Counted from the first letter of the stretch, positions 19,284 to 30,265 are shown. The stretch: DNA of 64,000 bases from an uncultured Thiomicrospira sp. (GCA_965195345.1 OZ239628.1:1641334-1705333); one strand, 5' to 3'. Made by a program: numbers and translations. Notes: generated by a model not told the origin, from the sequence alone.

Positions 19284-21959
19284 ATGGAAGAGAAAACGAT
19301 CGACAACTTCATATTTCAGTTAGAAGATCTTTCCAAAAAATGGACTGAGCCATCTATTCCTATTCATGATATTAAACAAATTATTGCCGAGTTTGATCTT
19401 TCCCAAAAAGCCACTTACTTATCCAATTCAAGAAAAGCGCCTGTGCGCGATCTTATTGCCCAACGTACTGCCTTTTTTGACAACTTATTGACCATGCTAT
19501 GGGTTCGTCTTGCTCTTGAGGGCGAATACACGCTGATTGGCGTCGGGGGTTACGGAAGGCATGAACTATTCCCACGCTCCGATATAGACCTTTTGATTTT
19601 GTGTGCGAATGTTGATCAAGCACATGCTAATGAAAATCTTTTAAATTTTATGCGCAGCCTCTGGGATTTTGGTTTACAAATAGGCAGCAGTGTACGTGAA
19701 ATAAAGCACTGTCAAGAAGCGATAAAAAACGATGTTAATTTTGCTACAGCAGTGCTCGAGTCTCACTTCATCTGTGGTAATAATAAACTATTTGATGTTT
19801 TTAAAGAAGCGACTAAACCAGGAAAAATTATCGATTCGTTTATGTTCTATGATTTAAAAATCAAAGAACAAAATAAGCGCTATACGCGTTTTGAAGAGAC
19901 TGCTTACAATGTTGAACCCAATGTAAAAGAAAATCCTGGAGGATTGCGTGACATCCACAATATTATGTGGATCGCTAAATTTCATTTTTCGGATCAATCT
20001 GTTCGAGACTTAGCCGATCACGGTTATTTGACAAGGCAAGAATTTCGAACGCTTGATCAAAGCCGTCGTTTTTTATGGAATGTCCGCTTTGCTTTACACA
20101 TTCTCAGAAAACAAGACGACAATCGACTATTGTTTGAAATGCAACGCAAGATTGCTGAATTATTAGGCTACGAAACCACTACAACTAAGTTAGGCGTTGA
20201 ACATTTCATGCATCATTACTACCGATGTGCACGCAACATTCAAATCCTTAATCAATTGATACTACAGCACTTTAGTGATGACATATTGCCTAATGAGACC
20301 ACCTCACCGATTAAAGAGCTAAATTCTCGATTTCAAATCCGAAATAATCATCTTGAAGCACGAAGTGATGACGTATTTAAGTACGCTAAATTTGCGATTC
20401 TCGAAGTTTTTTTAATCTTACAAAAAAATGTGCACTTAAGTGGCATCAGTGCTCGGACCATACGCGCAATTCACCACAATCTTGATATTATTGATCAGAA
20501 TTTTCGAAACGACAAGCGTCATTTGAAACTATTCATGGAGATACTCCAACAACCACAGGGTGTCGTAAAAGCTTTTAGAGAGATGCACAAGCACGGAGTA
20601 TTGGCTGCCTTTTTGCCTCCTTTTAGCCACATTCAAGGGCTCATGCAATTCGATTTATTTCATGTTTATACTGTGGATGCTCACACAATTATCGTTTTGC
20701 GCAATGTTCGACGTTTTTTTATTGAAGAGTTTGCTCATGAACATCCTCAAGCGCACAATATAACCAAAAAATTACCAAAGCCACATCTTCTTTACATATC
20801 TTGTTTGTTTCATGATATAGCTAAAGGAAGAAATGGTAAGCATGAAATTTTAGGAGCACGCGAAGTTGAAAAATTTTGCCGCCACGTCAATTTATCAGAA
20901 TACGATACCCATACATGCAGCTGGGTTGTACTCAATCATTTACAACTCTCTTTAATCGCTCAGAAAAAAAATCTAAACGATCCAAGAGTAATCGAAGAAT
21001 TCAGTAGCACTATCCCTTCTGTCCATCATTTGAATATGCTTTATCTGTTGACCATAGCCGATGTAGAAGGAACTTCACCTACTCTATGGAATAGCTATAA
21101 AGACAGTTTATTCACAAAACTTTGGAAAAGCGCGCAAATATGGTTGGAGGATCAAGGAAACTTAGAAGATGTGGTTATTGACGATGAGTATAGCATCGAG
21201 AGAAATCAAGACGAAGCAATGCATCAATTACGTGCCTTCATGCCTTCATCCGATGCAGAAGTCATTTGGGAACTTCTTCCTAGTCAGTATTTTTTGAATC
21301 ACTCACCCGATCAGATATGTTGGCACACTTACAATATTTTCAATATCAGTGATAAAGAGGCTATTGAAAGTCGCCTCAATACGGATAGCTCTGCCACCGA
21401 GATTATGGTCTATTACCCACGCAGTCCATATCAGTTCGCATGTATTGTTGACGCGATCAATTCAGCTGGATATAACATTGTTCAAGCATCAGTCACTCGT
21501 AATCAAAATTATTACGCTCTTACTACTTGCACCGTTCTTACCCCAGAAAACAAGCCCATATATAATGAAAAGGCACTTGATGCCCTTAATCTATTAATTC
21601 AAAATAACCTTAAGGAATTAGGTAGAAAGGGATTATCGGCTTTACGAAGCACTCGTAGAATCAATGATCGTCGCGCTAGGCAATTCAATATCCCGACCAA
21701 AATTACGCTTAGCACAAACAAACTAACGCACAACACAGAACTAACCATCGTCTGTCGTGATCGACCTGGACTATTAAGTATTATTACTAAAGAGTTAAGC
21801 AATCTAAATTTACTTGTTATAGGTGCGCGCATACGTACTATGGGATTTCGTGTTGAAGATATATTCACCATTACCTGCAACAATCAAAAACCAATAGTCG
21901 ATCAAGATATTCTAAGAAACATTCAGTTGCGTTTAAAAAACCAACTGGACCATTCCTAA
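19284..21959 (+). CDS. glnD: Bifunctional [protein-PII] uridylyltransferase / uridylyl-removing enzyme
   Basis: 891 aa with nucleotidyltransferase, HD and two ACT domains. It lies 1 nt after map, the conserved map-glnD pairing. Confidence 0.9.
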   Translation: MEEKTIDNFIFQLEDLSKKWTEPSIPIHDIKQIIAEFDLSQKATYLSNSRKAPVRDLIAQRTAFFDNLLTMLWVRLALEGEYTLIGVGGYGRHELFPRSDIDLLILCANVDQAHANENLLNFMRSLWDFGLQIGSSVREIKHCQEAIKNDVNFATAVLESHFICGNNKLFDVFKEATKPGKIIDSFMFYDLKIKEQNKRYTRFEETAYNVEPNVKENPGGLRDIHNIMWIAKFHFSDQSVRDLADHGYLTRQEFRTLDQSRRFLWNVRFALHILRKQDDNRLLFEMQRKIAELLGYETTTTKLGVEHFMHHYYRCARNIQILNQLILQHFSDDILPNETTSPIKELNSRFQIRNNHLEARSDDVFKYAKFAILEVFLILQKNVHLSGISARTIRAIHHNLDIIDQNFRNDKRHLKLFMEILQQPQGVVKAFREMHKHGVLAAFLPPFSHIQGLMQFDLFHVYTVDAHTIIVLRNVRRFFIEEFAHEHPQAHNITKKLPKPHLLYISCLFHDIAKGRNGKHEILGAREVEKFCRHVNLSEYDTHTCSWVVLNHLQLSLIAQKKNLNDPRVIEEFSSTIPSVHHLNMLYLLTIADVEGTSPTLWNSYKDSLFTKLWKSAQIWLEDQGNLEDVVIDDEYSIERNQDEAMHQLRAFMPSSDAEVIWELLPSQYFLNHSPDQICWHTYNIFNISDKEAIESRLNTDSSATEIMVYYPRSPYQFACIVDAINSAGYNIVQASVTRNQNYYALTTCTVLTPENKPIYNEKALDALNLLIQNNLKELGRKGLSALRSTRRINDRRARQFNIPTKITLSTNKLTHNTELTIVCRDRPGLLSIITKELSNLNLLVIGARIRTMGFRVEDIFTITCNNQKPIVDQDILRNIQLRLKNQLDHS

Positions 21960-21964
21960 TTAAA

Positions 21965-22432
21965 CTATCCTTTCTTTTTGGAAGGCAATTCTTCAAAGGA
22001 TGGTATCTCTTGAGGCGACACATACCAACATGCGGCTGAAGCAGTGAAAATACTCTGTACTGGGCGCACACCTGGATCATTATCCAAAGTACCCGTTGGA
22101 ACAATAATTATAGTACCACTTTGATTTTTCCAAGGCATTGAACTGCCGCATTGTTTACAAAAACAAGTTGCAAAATGCTTTGCATCAGGCAGCGGATAGT
22201 ATCCAATCAAGTCATTATTTTCTTCGTCCCATTGGAAATCCTCAATGCGTACAAAGAGATTGCTGGCAAAGGCACTGCCAGTAAACTTTCTACACCTTGA
22301 ACAGTGGCAAAACTGAAATATATTAGTGGTTTCTTTAATCGTATAACGCAACTGCCCACACAAGCAACTGCCTTTAATATCATTCTTTCCGTCTGATTCT
22401 GCCTTCCTAAGCTCTTGATTCGTTTCAATCAT
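21965..22432 (-). CDS. GFA (glutathione-dependent formaldehyde-activating / CENP-V-like) family zinc protein
   Basis: Cys clusters CLCGQ…CHCSRCRK typical of the GFA domain. Confidence 0.7.
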   Translation of the reverse strand: MIETNQELRKAESDGKNDIKGSCLCGQLRYTIKETTNIFQFCHCSRCRKFTGSAFASNLFVRIEDFQWDEENNDLIGYYPLPDAKHFATCFCKQCGSSMPWKNQSGTIIIVPTGTLDNDPGVRPVQSIFTASAACWYVSPQEIPSFEELPSKKKG

Positions 22433-22521
22433 TCAAATACCCTCTTAATTGTATAAACAGCACAGCATCTATGCTCTTGCAAAATTATAATAGTAGTTTA
22501 TTTTAATAGGTTGGGGTTTTT

Positions 22522-23202
22522 ATGCTTACTTTAGGATTTGATATTTATGGTACGCTGATTGATACAAATGGCGTTGTCGATTTGTTGCGGACTATGGTTG
22601 GTAAAGAGGCAGCCGTTTTTTCTAAAACGTGGCGTGAAAAGCAGCTTGAATATACTTTTAGACGTACTGCAATGAATCGTTATGTTAATTTTTCCATAGT
22701 AACAAAGGAAGCGCTTGATTATTGCAATCTTGCTTTTAATAATGTATTGAATGCGAAGCAAAAAGAAGAGTTAATGCATCATTATTCCGAATTACCTGCT
22801 TTTCAAGACGTTGAAAAATGTTTAACATCAATCAAGGGGAGAGTGCGTATATTTGCTTTTTCTAATGGCACGCATTCGGCCATTAACTTTATGCTACAAA
22901 AAGCTGCAATTGATGGCTTTTTTGATGGTGTTGTTAGTGTTGATAGTGTCAGCGTTTTCAAACCACATCCTGCTACTTATGAACATTTTTTGAATTGCAC
23001 CAAGTCTCAAAATAACACAGCAATACTTGTATCGTCTAACCCTTTCGACATCATTGGTGCAAAGTCAAAGGGATTACATGCAATATGGGTAAAGCGCAAT
23101 CAAAATAATTATTTCGATCCTTGGACCGAATCCGCATTTATACCTGATCAAACAATTCATTCACTTAGTGATCTTTCGAAGGTGCTTGAAACATTCTCAT
23201 AA
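22522..23202 (+). CDS. HAD-superfamily hydrolase, 2-haloacid dehalogenase-like (type II HAD)
   Basis: Motif I FDIYGTLID (DxYGTL), SNG, and a KPHP motif. Confidence 0.65.
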   Translation: MLTLGFDIYGTLIDTNGVVDLLRTMVGKEAAVFSKTWREKQLEYTFRRTAMNRYVNFSIVTKEALDYCNLAFNNVLNAKQKEELMHHYSELPAFQDVEKCLTSIKGRVRIFAFSNGTHSAINFMLQKAAIDGFFDGVVSVDSVSVFKPHPATYEHFLNCTKSQNNTAILVSSNPFDIIGAKSKGLHAIWVKRNQNNYFDPWTESAFIPDQTIHSLSDLSKVLETFS

Positions 23203-23456
23203 TTGACATTCAAACGCGAAACAAGAAACAATACAGCATTAAGCGCAGAAACTTACTAACTTCTTGATTTATAACAATCAACTTTATTTCATGTACTTAA
23301 ACATAATGTGAAATATGCATTGCGCTTTTTTCTAAAAAAAGAGATAATGCGGACGCTAAGAAATAACAACCAATTTTTGATATTTTTAAATAGATGCTAT
23401 ATATTCTATCACAATTAAATTAATGAAAATTTAACAACAATTCAAATTTATATATT

Positions 23457-24521
23457 ATGCTAATCTCACTCAGACAACTCATGGATTATGCGGCTGAAAA
23501 TCATTTCGGGATGCCTGCATTTAATGTAAACAACCTTGAACAAGTTAAAGCAATCATGCAAGCTGCAGACAAGATGAATTCGCCTGTTATTTTGCAAGGT
23601 TCGGCTGGTGCACGCAAGTACGCAGGACCTATTTTCTTGCGCCACTTGGTTGAAGCTGCTTGTGAGGCATATCCTCACATTCCAGTAGTTATGCATTTAG
23701 ATCATGGAAACAATATGAACTCGTGTTTATCCGCTATTCAATCTGGATTTTCTTCTGTTATGATGGATGGTTCCCTTAAGGAAGACCAAAAAACTCCAGC
23801 CTCCTATGAATACAATGTGAACGTTTCTGCAGAAGTAACACGAATGGCACATACAGTTGGCGTTTCAGTTGAAGGTGAGCTCGGTTGTTTGGGCTCTTTA
23901 GAGACTGGCGAGATGGGAGAAGAAGACGGGCACGGTGCGGAGGGCGCGTTAGATATGGATATGCTGCTCACTGATGTTAACGAAGCCGCCGACTTTGTGG
24001 CGAAAACAAATATCGACTGTCTTGCAATAGCTATAGGCACTTCTCATGGCGCTTACAAATTCACACGCAAACCAGACGGGGCAATACTGCGCATTGATCG
24101 TGTTAAAGAAATTCATAAACGCATTCCAACGACGCATTTAGTAATGCATGGTTCTTCCGCTGTACCACAAGATTGGCTTGAAATAATTAACACTTACGGA
24201 GGGGAAATAGGGCAAACATACGGAGTACCCGTAGATGAAGTTATAGAAGGCATAAAAAATGGCGTTCGCAAGGTAAATATTGACACCGACCTACGTATGG
24301 CCTCCACCGGTTCAATTCGAAAACATATGGCAGAAAATACCAAGAATTTTGATCCGAGAAAATATCTTGCAGAAGCCACGAAAGGCATGCAATCTATTTG
24401 TGAATCACGTTTTGAAGCATTTGGAACTGCTGGACATGCTGATAAGATTCGCCCGATATCTCTAAACGACATGTCTGAGCGTTACGCTTCAGGAACTTTA
24501 GATCAATCTATATCTCAATAA
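23457..24521 (+). CDS. fba: Fructose-bisphosphate aldolase, class II
   Basis: 354 aa class-II aldolase (PAFNVNN, MHLDHG, zinc-binding His residues). Confidence 0.9.
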   Translation: MLISLRQLMDYAAENHFGMPAFNVNNLEQVKAIMQAADKMNSPVILQGSAGARKYAGPIFLRHLVEAACEAYPHIPVVMHLDHGNNMNSCLSAIQSGFSSVMMDGSLKEDQKTPASYEYNVNVSAEVTRMAHTVGVSVEGELGCLGSLETGEMGEEDGHGAEGALDMDMLLTDVNEAADFVAKTNIDCLAIAIGTSHGAYKFTRKPDGAILRIDRVKEIHKRIPTTHLVMHGSSAVPQDWLEIINTYGGEIGQTYGVPVDEVIEGIKNGVRKVNIDTDLRMASTGSIRKHMAENTKNFDPRKYLAEATKGMQSICESRFEAFGTAGHADKIRPISLNDMSERYASGTLDQSISQ

Positions 24522-24523
24522 AT

Positions 24524-25348
24524 ATGTTTAAAAAACTTTTGCAAATTGTACTGCTTACTACTCTGAGCACATATGTGTATGCAGTTACTGACAACGTTTC
24601 TAATGCCTGCAAAATGCTGTCAGATAAGTTGCAAAGTGTTACCTATAGTTCTTGTATAAATATAGATTTTTCAGATAAATCGTACTTGTCGGTAAAAAAA
24701 AGACCAATCCTCTACAAAGAATATCCTCCCAAAAAACGCAAACCTAGAGCAAGAGTTTTGTTTTTAGGCGGCATTCACGGTGACGAATTAAGCGCCTTTT
24801 CGGTTAGTCTCAAATGGATGGCAATTCTCAAAAAATTTCATTCTGGCTTATTCCATTGGGTGTTTTTGCCTGCTTTGAATATTGACGGGCTCTTAGCAAA
24901 AAAACCAACTCGATTTAATGCAAATGGTGTGGATTTAAATCGTAATTTCCCTCCAAGTGACGGAGAACAGGCTGCATTCAACTATTGGGTCAACACGACA
25001 AACCGAGACAAGAGGCGTTACCCAGGACCCTATTCCGTAAGTGAGCCAGAAACTCAAGTGGTAATGGATTTAATCGAATCATTTAAACCAGATATCATTG
25101 TGAGCTTACATGCTCCTCTTGGGATTATTGATTTTGATGGTGCTTACTTAAAAAATCCTGGCAAATTTGGAAACTTACATCTCCATCTTTTAGGGACATA
25201 TCCTGGTTCACTCGGCAACTATGGATGGAAAAAAATAAGGGTTCCGGTTATAACTATAGAACTACCACACGCAGGATCTATACCTACAAGTAAAGAAATT
25301 TTGCGCATATGGTCTGATTTGATCCGTTGGCTAAAAAATACTACTTAA
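24524..25348 (+). CDS. M14-family zinc carboxypeptidase/amidase (MpaA-like murein peptide amidase or AstE/AspA-like), secreted
   Basis: Signal peptide, GGIHGDE zinc-ligand motif, DLNRNF, SLHAP. It begins 3 nt after the fba stop. Confidence 0.7.
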   Translation: MFKKLLQIVLLTTLSTYVYAVTDNVSNACKMLSDKLQSVTYSSCINIDFSDKSYLSVKKRPILYKEYPPKKRKPRARVLFLGGIHGDELSAFSVSLKWMAILKKFHSGLFHWVFLPALNIDGLLAKKPTRFNANGVDLNRNFPPSDGEQAAFNYWVNTTNRDKRRYPGPYSVSEPETQVVMDLIESFKPDIIVSLHAPLGIIDFDGAYLKNPGKFGNLHLHLLGTYPGSLGNYGWKKIRVPVITIELPHAGSIPTSKEILRIWSDLIRWLKNTT

Positions 25349-25351
25349 TCC

Positions 25352-26209
25352 ATGCGTAAATTTTTATTTTTTTTAGCATTCGTCACCGCTTCTTCTTTTG
25401 CCAGTGTTTCAGAAGATTTTCAATCTGCCATTCTCGAATACGAGCGTAAAGATTATCGTGTTGCTGAGAAAGAGTTTTCTAAAATAAATCACAGTAAATG
25501 GTTGCCTTTAGCCAAAAATAATCAAGCCGTCAGCCAATACAATCAAGGAAATTTAGAAGGCAGCATTCTGACATGGAGAACTTTCTTACAAACTCAGCAT
25601 GAATGTAGAGACTCCTTTAATAACTTAAATGCAGTTTATGCTCAAGAGTCGGCAAAATCTGTTGCTAAGTTAACCCAATCAAAAGTGCCATCAAAACCTC
25701 GATTAACTATTAGCAGAGCCCCCATAGAATCTGTTGCCTTAGTGGACACAGAGAAGAAAAAACAAAGCATCCCTAAAAACAAGAAGCTAATTAATGCTTC
25801 TCAAGCAACAAAAAATGAAGCTATTCCTGTGAAGTCAAATGTACAAGATGCTGAAAGAGAAAAAATACTAGTCGCCGTGCAAGACTGGCGGAACAATTGG
25901 AAAAAAGGCGATATTAATGAATATTTAAGTGCTTATTTTCCTAAGCACTCACCAAAACCAAATTTCAAATATGCACAGTGGCGTGCAGATCGAAAGAAAA
26001 AAATATGGCCTGGTCGTATTAGTGAACTTAAAATAACGAATCTTAAATTAAAAATAGCAAAAGATTTTGAAACAGCCGATATTATTTTTGAACAATCGTA
26101 CAAATCAGAGACAGTAAATGATTCAGTTAAAAAACTGTTAACTATGAAAAAAAACAACGGACGATGGTTAATTTATCAAGAATTCGTAATCGGCAGACCA
26201 ACGCAATGA
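25352..26209 (+). CDS. Secreted protein, N-terminal TPR-like segment plus C-terminal NTF2/SnoaL-like domain (paralogous to the C-terminal domain of the next gene)
   Basis: Signal peptide. The C-terminal about 110 aa (DWRNNWKKGDINEYLSAYF…NGRWLIYQEFVIG) aligns with residues about 270-380 of the 26217 ORF (HWERWKKAMDKSDWPILSQFY…EGWLIIYENIV). Confidence 0.5.
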   Translation: MRKFLFFLAFVTASSFASVSEDFQSAILEYERKDYRVAEKEFSKINHSKWLPLAKNNQAVSQYNQGNLEGSILTWRTFLQTQHECRDSFNNLNAVYAQESAKSVAKLTQSKVPSKPRLTISRAPIESVALVDTEKKKQSIPKNKKLINASQATKNEAIPVKSNVQDAEREKILVAVQDWRNNWKKGDINEYLSAYFPKHSPKPNFKYAQWRADRKKKIWPGRISELKITNLKLKIAKDFETADIIFEQSYKSETVNDSVKKLLTMKKNNGRWLIYQEFVIGRPTQ

Positions 26210-26216
26210 TTTAAAC

Positions 26217-27365
26217 ATGCATTCACTCAAATCGTTATCTCTTACATTTATTCTTATTTCATCGTTTGCTACAACTCTTAGTTTTGCGAACGATATCGAT
26301 AATAAATTTAAATCTGCTGTAAATACTTCGCTGAATGGTCAGTTAGATACTTCCAGAGAGTTGTTTGATCAAATAACTAAAGAACAAGATAACTTTTTTT
26401 TGGGCCATTGGCTAAGAAGTTCAATTTACGCCACACTGAGTGGTCAGCCATTACCCAAAATAAAAATGCAAGGAAAGTTAAAAGAAGAACTGCAAACGCG
26501 TTTTAAACTTTGGCAAGATGATGACAAAATCGCTGTCCCTGATGAAGTTTACTTTATCTCTGAAAAAGTACCTTTTCTAATTGCTGTTGATTCAAAGATA
26601 AATCGATTAGTGTTATATAAAAATACCACTAATGGATTGCAAATAATGCATGATTACTACACATCTATAGGTAGAAATGGCGCTGGAAAGCAAAAAGAAG
26701 GCGATTTGCGCACACCGATTGGAGTGTATTTTATAAATAGTTTCATAACCGATGATCGCTTGGCAAGGCGATATGGAACTGGAGCATTCCCGCTTAATTA
26801 TCCTAACATTTGGGATAAATATAACAATAGAACGGGCAGTGGAATATGGTTGCACGGCACTGATCCAAATACATATTCCCGCCCTCCTTTAGACAGCGGT
26901 GGTTGTATTACTCTATCCAACAATCAAATACTGGATTTGCGCAAAATAACATCAAATATAAATTCACCCCTTCCTATATTAGTAGGCCATCCTATTCGTT
27001 GGACTAATAAAGCAACTAAGCAAAATTTGAAAGATAAAGTTCATTTCGAACAGCATTGGGAACGATGGAAAAAAGCAATGGACAAATCAGATTGGCCGAT
27101 ACTCTCTCAATTCTATTCTCGCGATAAATTCAACATGCAGACAAAACATTTTGACCAATGGCGAACCAAACAAGTACGTCTTAATCAAACAGGATTTTAT
27201 AAAAGTAAAGTTGAACCAAGACTTATTATTGCTTACAGCAATAATTCTGCCATCATCGTTGATTACGCTCGCACCACTCAGCAAGGAGAGAAAAAAATCC
27301 GTCAATATTGGAAAAAAACACCTGAAGGGTGGTTAATTATTTATGAGAATATAGTTCGAACGTAA
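26217..27365 (+). CDS. L,D-transpeptidase (YkuD / YafK-like catalytic domain) with C-terminal NTF2-like domain
   Basis: Signal peptide and a YkuD domain with the catalytic His/Cys (WLHGT…SGGCITLSN), resembling YafK/DpaA-type enzymes, plus an extra roughly 110 aa C-terminal domain. Confidence 0.7.
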   Translation: MHSLKSLSLTFILISSFATTLSFANDIDNKFKSAVNTSLNGQLDTSRELFDQITKEQDNFFLGHWLRSSIYATLSGQPLPKIKMQGKLKEELQTRFKLWQDDDKIAVPDEVYFISEKVPFLIAVDSKINRLVLYKNTTNGLQIMHDYYTSIGRNGAGKQKEGDLRTPIGVYFINSFITDDRLARRYGTGAFPLNYPNIWDKYNNRTGSGIWLHGTDPNTYSRPPLDSGGCITLSNNQILDLRKITSNINSPLPILVGHPIRWTNKATKQNLKDKVHFEQHWERWKKAMDKSDWPILSQFYSRDKFNMQTKHFDQWRTKQVRLNQTGFYKSKVEPRLIIAYSNNSAIIVDYARTTQQGEKKIRQYWKKTPEGWLIIYENIVRT

Positions 27366-27368
27366 ATT

Positions 27369-27917
27369 GTGGATATAAATTGGATAGATTGGGCTGACAT
27401 ACACGTATCATCAAAATATAACTTGCGTCCTCCAAATACGACAGTTGACTTGGTGGTGATACATGGCATAAATATTGGACAATTTGGTGATCCACATATT
27501 GTCAATCTACTTGCAGGGAAAAGATGCACAGAGAGCAATGAAATACTTGATGATCTCGCAGACTCGAACGTTTCATGCCATTTTCTAATTCGCCGAAATG
27601 GAGAGACATTGCAATTCGTGCCTTTATACGCCAGAGCTTGGCATGCAGGCATTTCTTCATTTCACGAAAGAAAAAACTGTAATGATTTCTCAGTTGGCAT
27701 AGAACTTGAAGGAACCGACCACACGCCCTACTCTCCTGCACAATATTATGGATTAAATCGTTTGTTGCTAGCCTTATCAGAGAAGTTACCTATACGCCAT
27801 GTTGCAACACATGCTCAAGTAGCTCCTGAACGTAAAACAGATCCAGGAGTTGCATTTGAATGGTCGCCACTGGAAAATACTTTGAAAAAATTAAACCTCA
27901 CATGGAAAAATCAGTGA
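27369..27917 (+). CDS. ampD: 1,6-anhydro-N-acetylmuramyl-L-alanine amidase AmpD (Amidase_2)
   Basis: 182 aa with zinc-amidase_2 motifs (SCHFLIRRNG, AWHAG, GIELEG). Confidence 0.8.
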   Translation: MDINWIDWADIHVSSKYNLRPPNTTVDLVVIHGINIGQFGDPHIVNLLAGKRCTESNEILDDLADSNVSCHFLIRRNGETLQFVPLYARAWHAGISSFHERKNCNDFSVGIELEGTDHTPYSPAQYYGLNRLLLALSEKLPIRHVATHAQVAPERKTDPGVAFEWSPLENTLKKLNLTWKNQ

Positions 27918-28012
27918 TAATGACGCCCCCGATTTGGGCTAGTGCTTTTGTAAGTCAAAATAGCTAACTCCATGCCCATTTAACGGAATAAATTAAAATT
28001 TCAGGAATTGTT

Positions 28013-28330
28013 ATGCTCTTCAACATACTCATCTTTGTTCAGATTATCACCGCAGTAAGTATGGTAACCCTCATCATGCTACAACACGGAAAGGGCGCTG
28101 ATGCAGGCCCCGCATTAAGTGGTGGTTCTCAAAGCTTTTTTGGCAGTGGCGGCGGAGCAAATGTCCTATCCCGAATTACTGCTATTCTTGCATTTGTTTT
28201 TATTGTCAACAGCTTGGCAATTACTGCATTATCCAGTAATACTGAGCGGTCTTTGGATAGCGTAGTAACAGAGTCGTTACTGCTTGATGAGGAACCTCAA
28301 GAAAATGAAAGCATTCCAAGACCTGAATAA
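28013..28330 (+). CDS. secG: Preprotein translocase subunit SecG
   Basis: Two TM helices and a Gly-rich loop (GGSQSFFGSGGGAN). The gene is followed by tRNA-Leu, as in the E. coli secG-leuU arrangement. Confidence 0.8.
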   Translation: MLFNILIFVQIITAVSMVTLIMLQHGKGADAGPALSGGSQSFFGSGGGANVLSRITAILAFVFIVNSLAITALSSNTERSLDSVVTESLLLDEEPQENESIPRPE

Positions 28331-28369
28331 CAATTGCCTGAATGGCGATTAATTGCCTGATGAAGATTG

Positions 28370-28454
28370 GCCGACGTGGTGGAATTGGTAGACACGCTGT
28401 CTTGAGGGGGCAGTGGGGCAACCCGTGCCGGTTCGACTCCGGCCGTCGGCACCA
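28370..28454 (+). tRNA. tRNA-Leu (anticodon GAG), 85 nt including the encoded CCA
   Basis: GCCGACGTGGTGGAATTGGTAGACACG…anticodon loop TT-GAG-GG…long variable arm…GGTTCGACTCCGGCCGTCGGCACCA. It folds as a type II tRNA. Confidence 0.9.
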
Positions 28455-28468
28455 TAACTATTTATAAT

Positions 28469-30265
28469 ATGTCAAAAAATTTTGAAATTCCTTCAGATTT
28501 ACCTGAAGACATTGAAGCTTCCATTCTTGAATCGCTAATTGAATTAGGGAAGGATCGGGGCGTTGTTAGTTTATTGGATATTGAAGATCAATTTGAAGAG
28601 CTCCCTATTGATCCTGATTCATTAGAATATCTCATCGTTACGCTTGAAGATAATAATATTATAGTCACTGAAGAATCCATTCTTGAAGAAGATGTGTTCG
28701 GCGAAGGAAAACCGCGCGAAGAAAAAAGGAATGCTGATGAGGAAAGTGACCCTCGAACTCAAGAATCTGAGTTAGCATCTATTGCTAATGAACTTGGACG
28801 GACTACCGATCCAACACGTATGTATATGCGTGAAATGGGAATAAACAATCTTCTTACACGCACAGAAGAAGTGACCATAGCCCGAAATCTTGAGTCCAGC
28901 AAAAAATCATTCCACGAAAAACTGTACCAGTATCCAAGGATACGGCACTTGTTTTTGCAAGAGTATGAAAACATTAAATTGCAAGAACATAAAGTTGGTG
29001 ATTTGATCAGTGGTTTAGCTTGGCCCGATGATAGTGATATGTCTGTTAAAGATTATCTTGAACAACTAAGCAAGGAAGAGGATGATAGATTTGAAATAAT
29101 TTCTTACAAATCGAATGAGCTTCATGATTTTGTTGACCGCCTTACAAAGACCAAAAATAGTAAAGAGCATGGAGACATTTTCAGAGAAGTTCGACTTTCC
29201 AATGTATTCATTCGTAAAGTAGTTACTGACATGGCCGAATTTATCAATAAAATTCGTGAAAAAGAAACTCAAATTCGTGAAACTTTGATTGGTAAATTGT
29301 GTTTTGATCGCAAAGAAGTAATCACTGCTTATAATACAGCTGAAGATTACGTTACTTGGTTTGACGGTCTGCTCAAAAACCTTACGTTAAAAACACCAAA
29401 CGATAGCTACTATATACAATACATTCGACACGCTCATTTAGACATTCTTAAAATTGCTGAAAAAACCAATCTCTCTGCTTTCACTTTGAAAAACTTACAT
29501 CAAGAGCTGAAAGTACATGACCAAGAAACTCAAAAGTTTAAAGATCAAATGACAGGGGCAAACCTTCGTCTAGTTATATCTATAGCAAAGAAGTACAGTA
29601 ATCGTGGCTTACAATTTCTTGATGTGATTCAAGAAGGTAATATTGGCTTGATGAAAGCCGTTGATAAGTTTGAATTTAGACGTGGTTATAAGTTTTCAAC
29701 ATATGCAACCTGGTGGATACGACAAGCAATAACACGTTCCATTGCTGATCAGGCTCGAACCGTCCGCGTCCCTGTGCATATGATTGAAACCATCAATAAA
29801 ATGAAAAAAATGCAGACAAAACTGCTGCAAGAGCATGGTCGTTCTCCAAACGTAGAAGAGCTCGCCGAGGCAATGGAAATGCCTCCTGCAAAAATACAGC
29901 AAATCTTTAGGATTTCACTTGAGCCAAGCTCTATTGATGCGCCCATCGGAGATGATGAAGACTCTTCTCTCGGTGACTTTATTGCTGATGATAACTTAGC
30001 GTCACCTCAGGCAGCAGCAGAACAACAAGGATTGGATGAAATGATTGAGTCATTGCTTGGTGAGCTCAGCAAACGTGAAATTGATGTTGTTAAAATGCGC
30101 TTTGGCATTGGAACTCCAACGGAATATACTCTTGAAGAAGTCGGGCGTCAATATAGCGTAACTCGAGAAAGGATTCGCCAGATTGAAGCAAAGGCATTAA
30201 AGAAGTTACGACACCCAATGCGGATTGATCGCTTACGTAGTTTTTTACGTGATAAATCCGACTAA
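28469..30265 (+). CDS. rpoD: RNA polymerase sigma factor RpoD (sigma-70)
   Basis: Regions 1.1, 1.2 and 2-4, an acidic non-conserved region, and an RpoD-box-type core ([29 protein letters not shown]). Confidence 0.95.
   Translation: MSKNFEIPSDLPEDIEASILESLIELGKDRGVVSLLDIEDQFEELPIDPDSLEYLIVTLEDNNIIVTEESILEEDVFGEGKPREEKRNADEESDPRTQESELASIANELGRTTDPTRMYMREMGINNLLTRTEEVTIARNLESSKKSFHEKLYQYPRIRHLFLQEYENIKLQEHKVGDLISGLAWPDDSDMSVKDYLEQLSKEEDDRFEIISYKSNELHDFVDRLTKTKNSKEHGDIFREVRLSNVFIRKVVTDMAEFINKIREKETQIRETLIGKLCFDRKEVITAYNTAEDYVTWFDGLLKNLTLKTPNDSYYIQYIRHAHLDILKIAEKTNLSAFTLKNLHQELKVHDQETQKFKDQMTGANLRLVISIAKKYSNRGLQFLDVIQEGNIGLMKAVDKFEFRRGYKFSTYATWWIRQAITRSIADQARTVRVPVHMIETINKMKKMQTKLLQEHGRSPNVEELAEAMEMPPAKIQQIFRISLEPSSIDAPIGDDEDSSLGDFIADDNLASPQAAAEQQGLDEMIESLLGELSKREIDVVKMRFGIGTPTEYTLEEVGRQYSVTRERIRQIEAKALKKLRHPMRIDRLRSFLRDKSD

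Noticed and set aside
23203-23456. 254-bp AT-rich spacer upstream of fba considered as a possible sRNA or CRISPR leader
   Set aside because: No repeats or stable hairpins noticed. It is most simply a strong AT-rich promoter/UP-element region for a highly expressed glycolytic gene.
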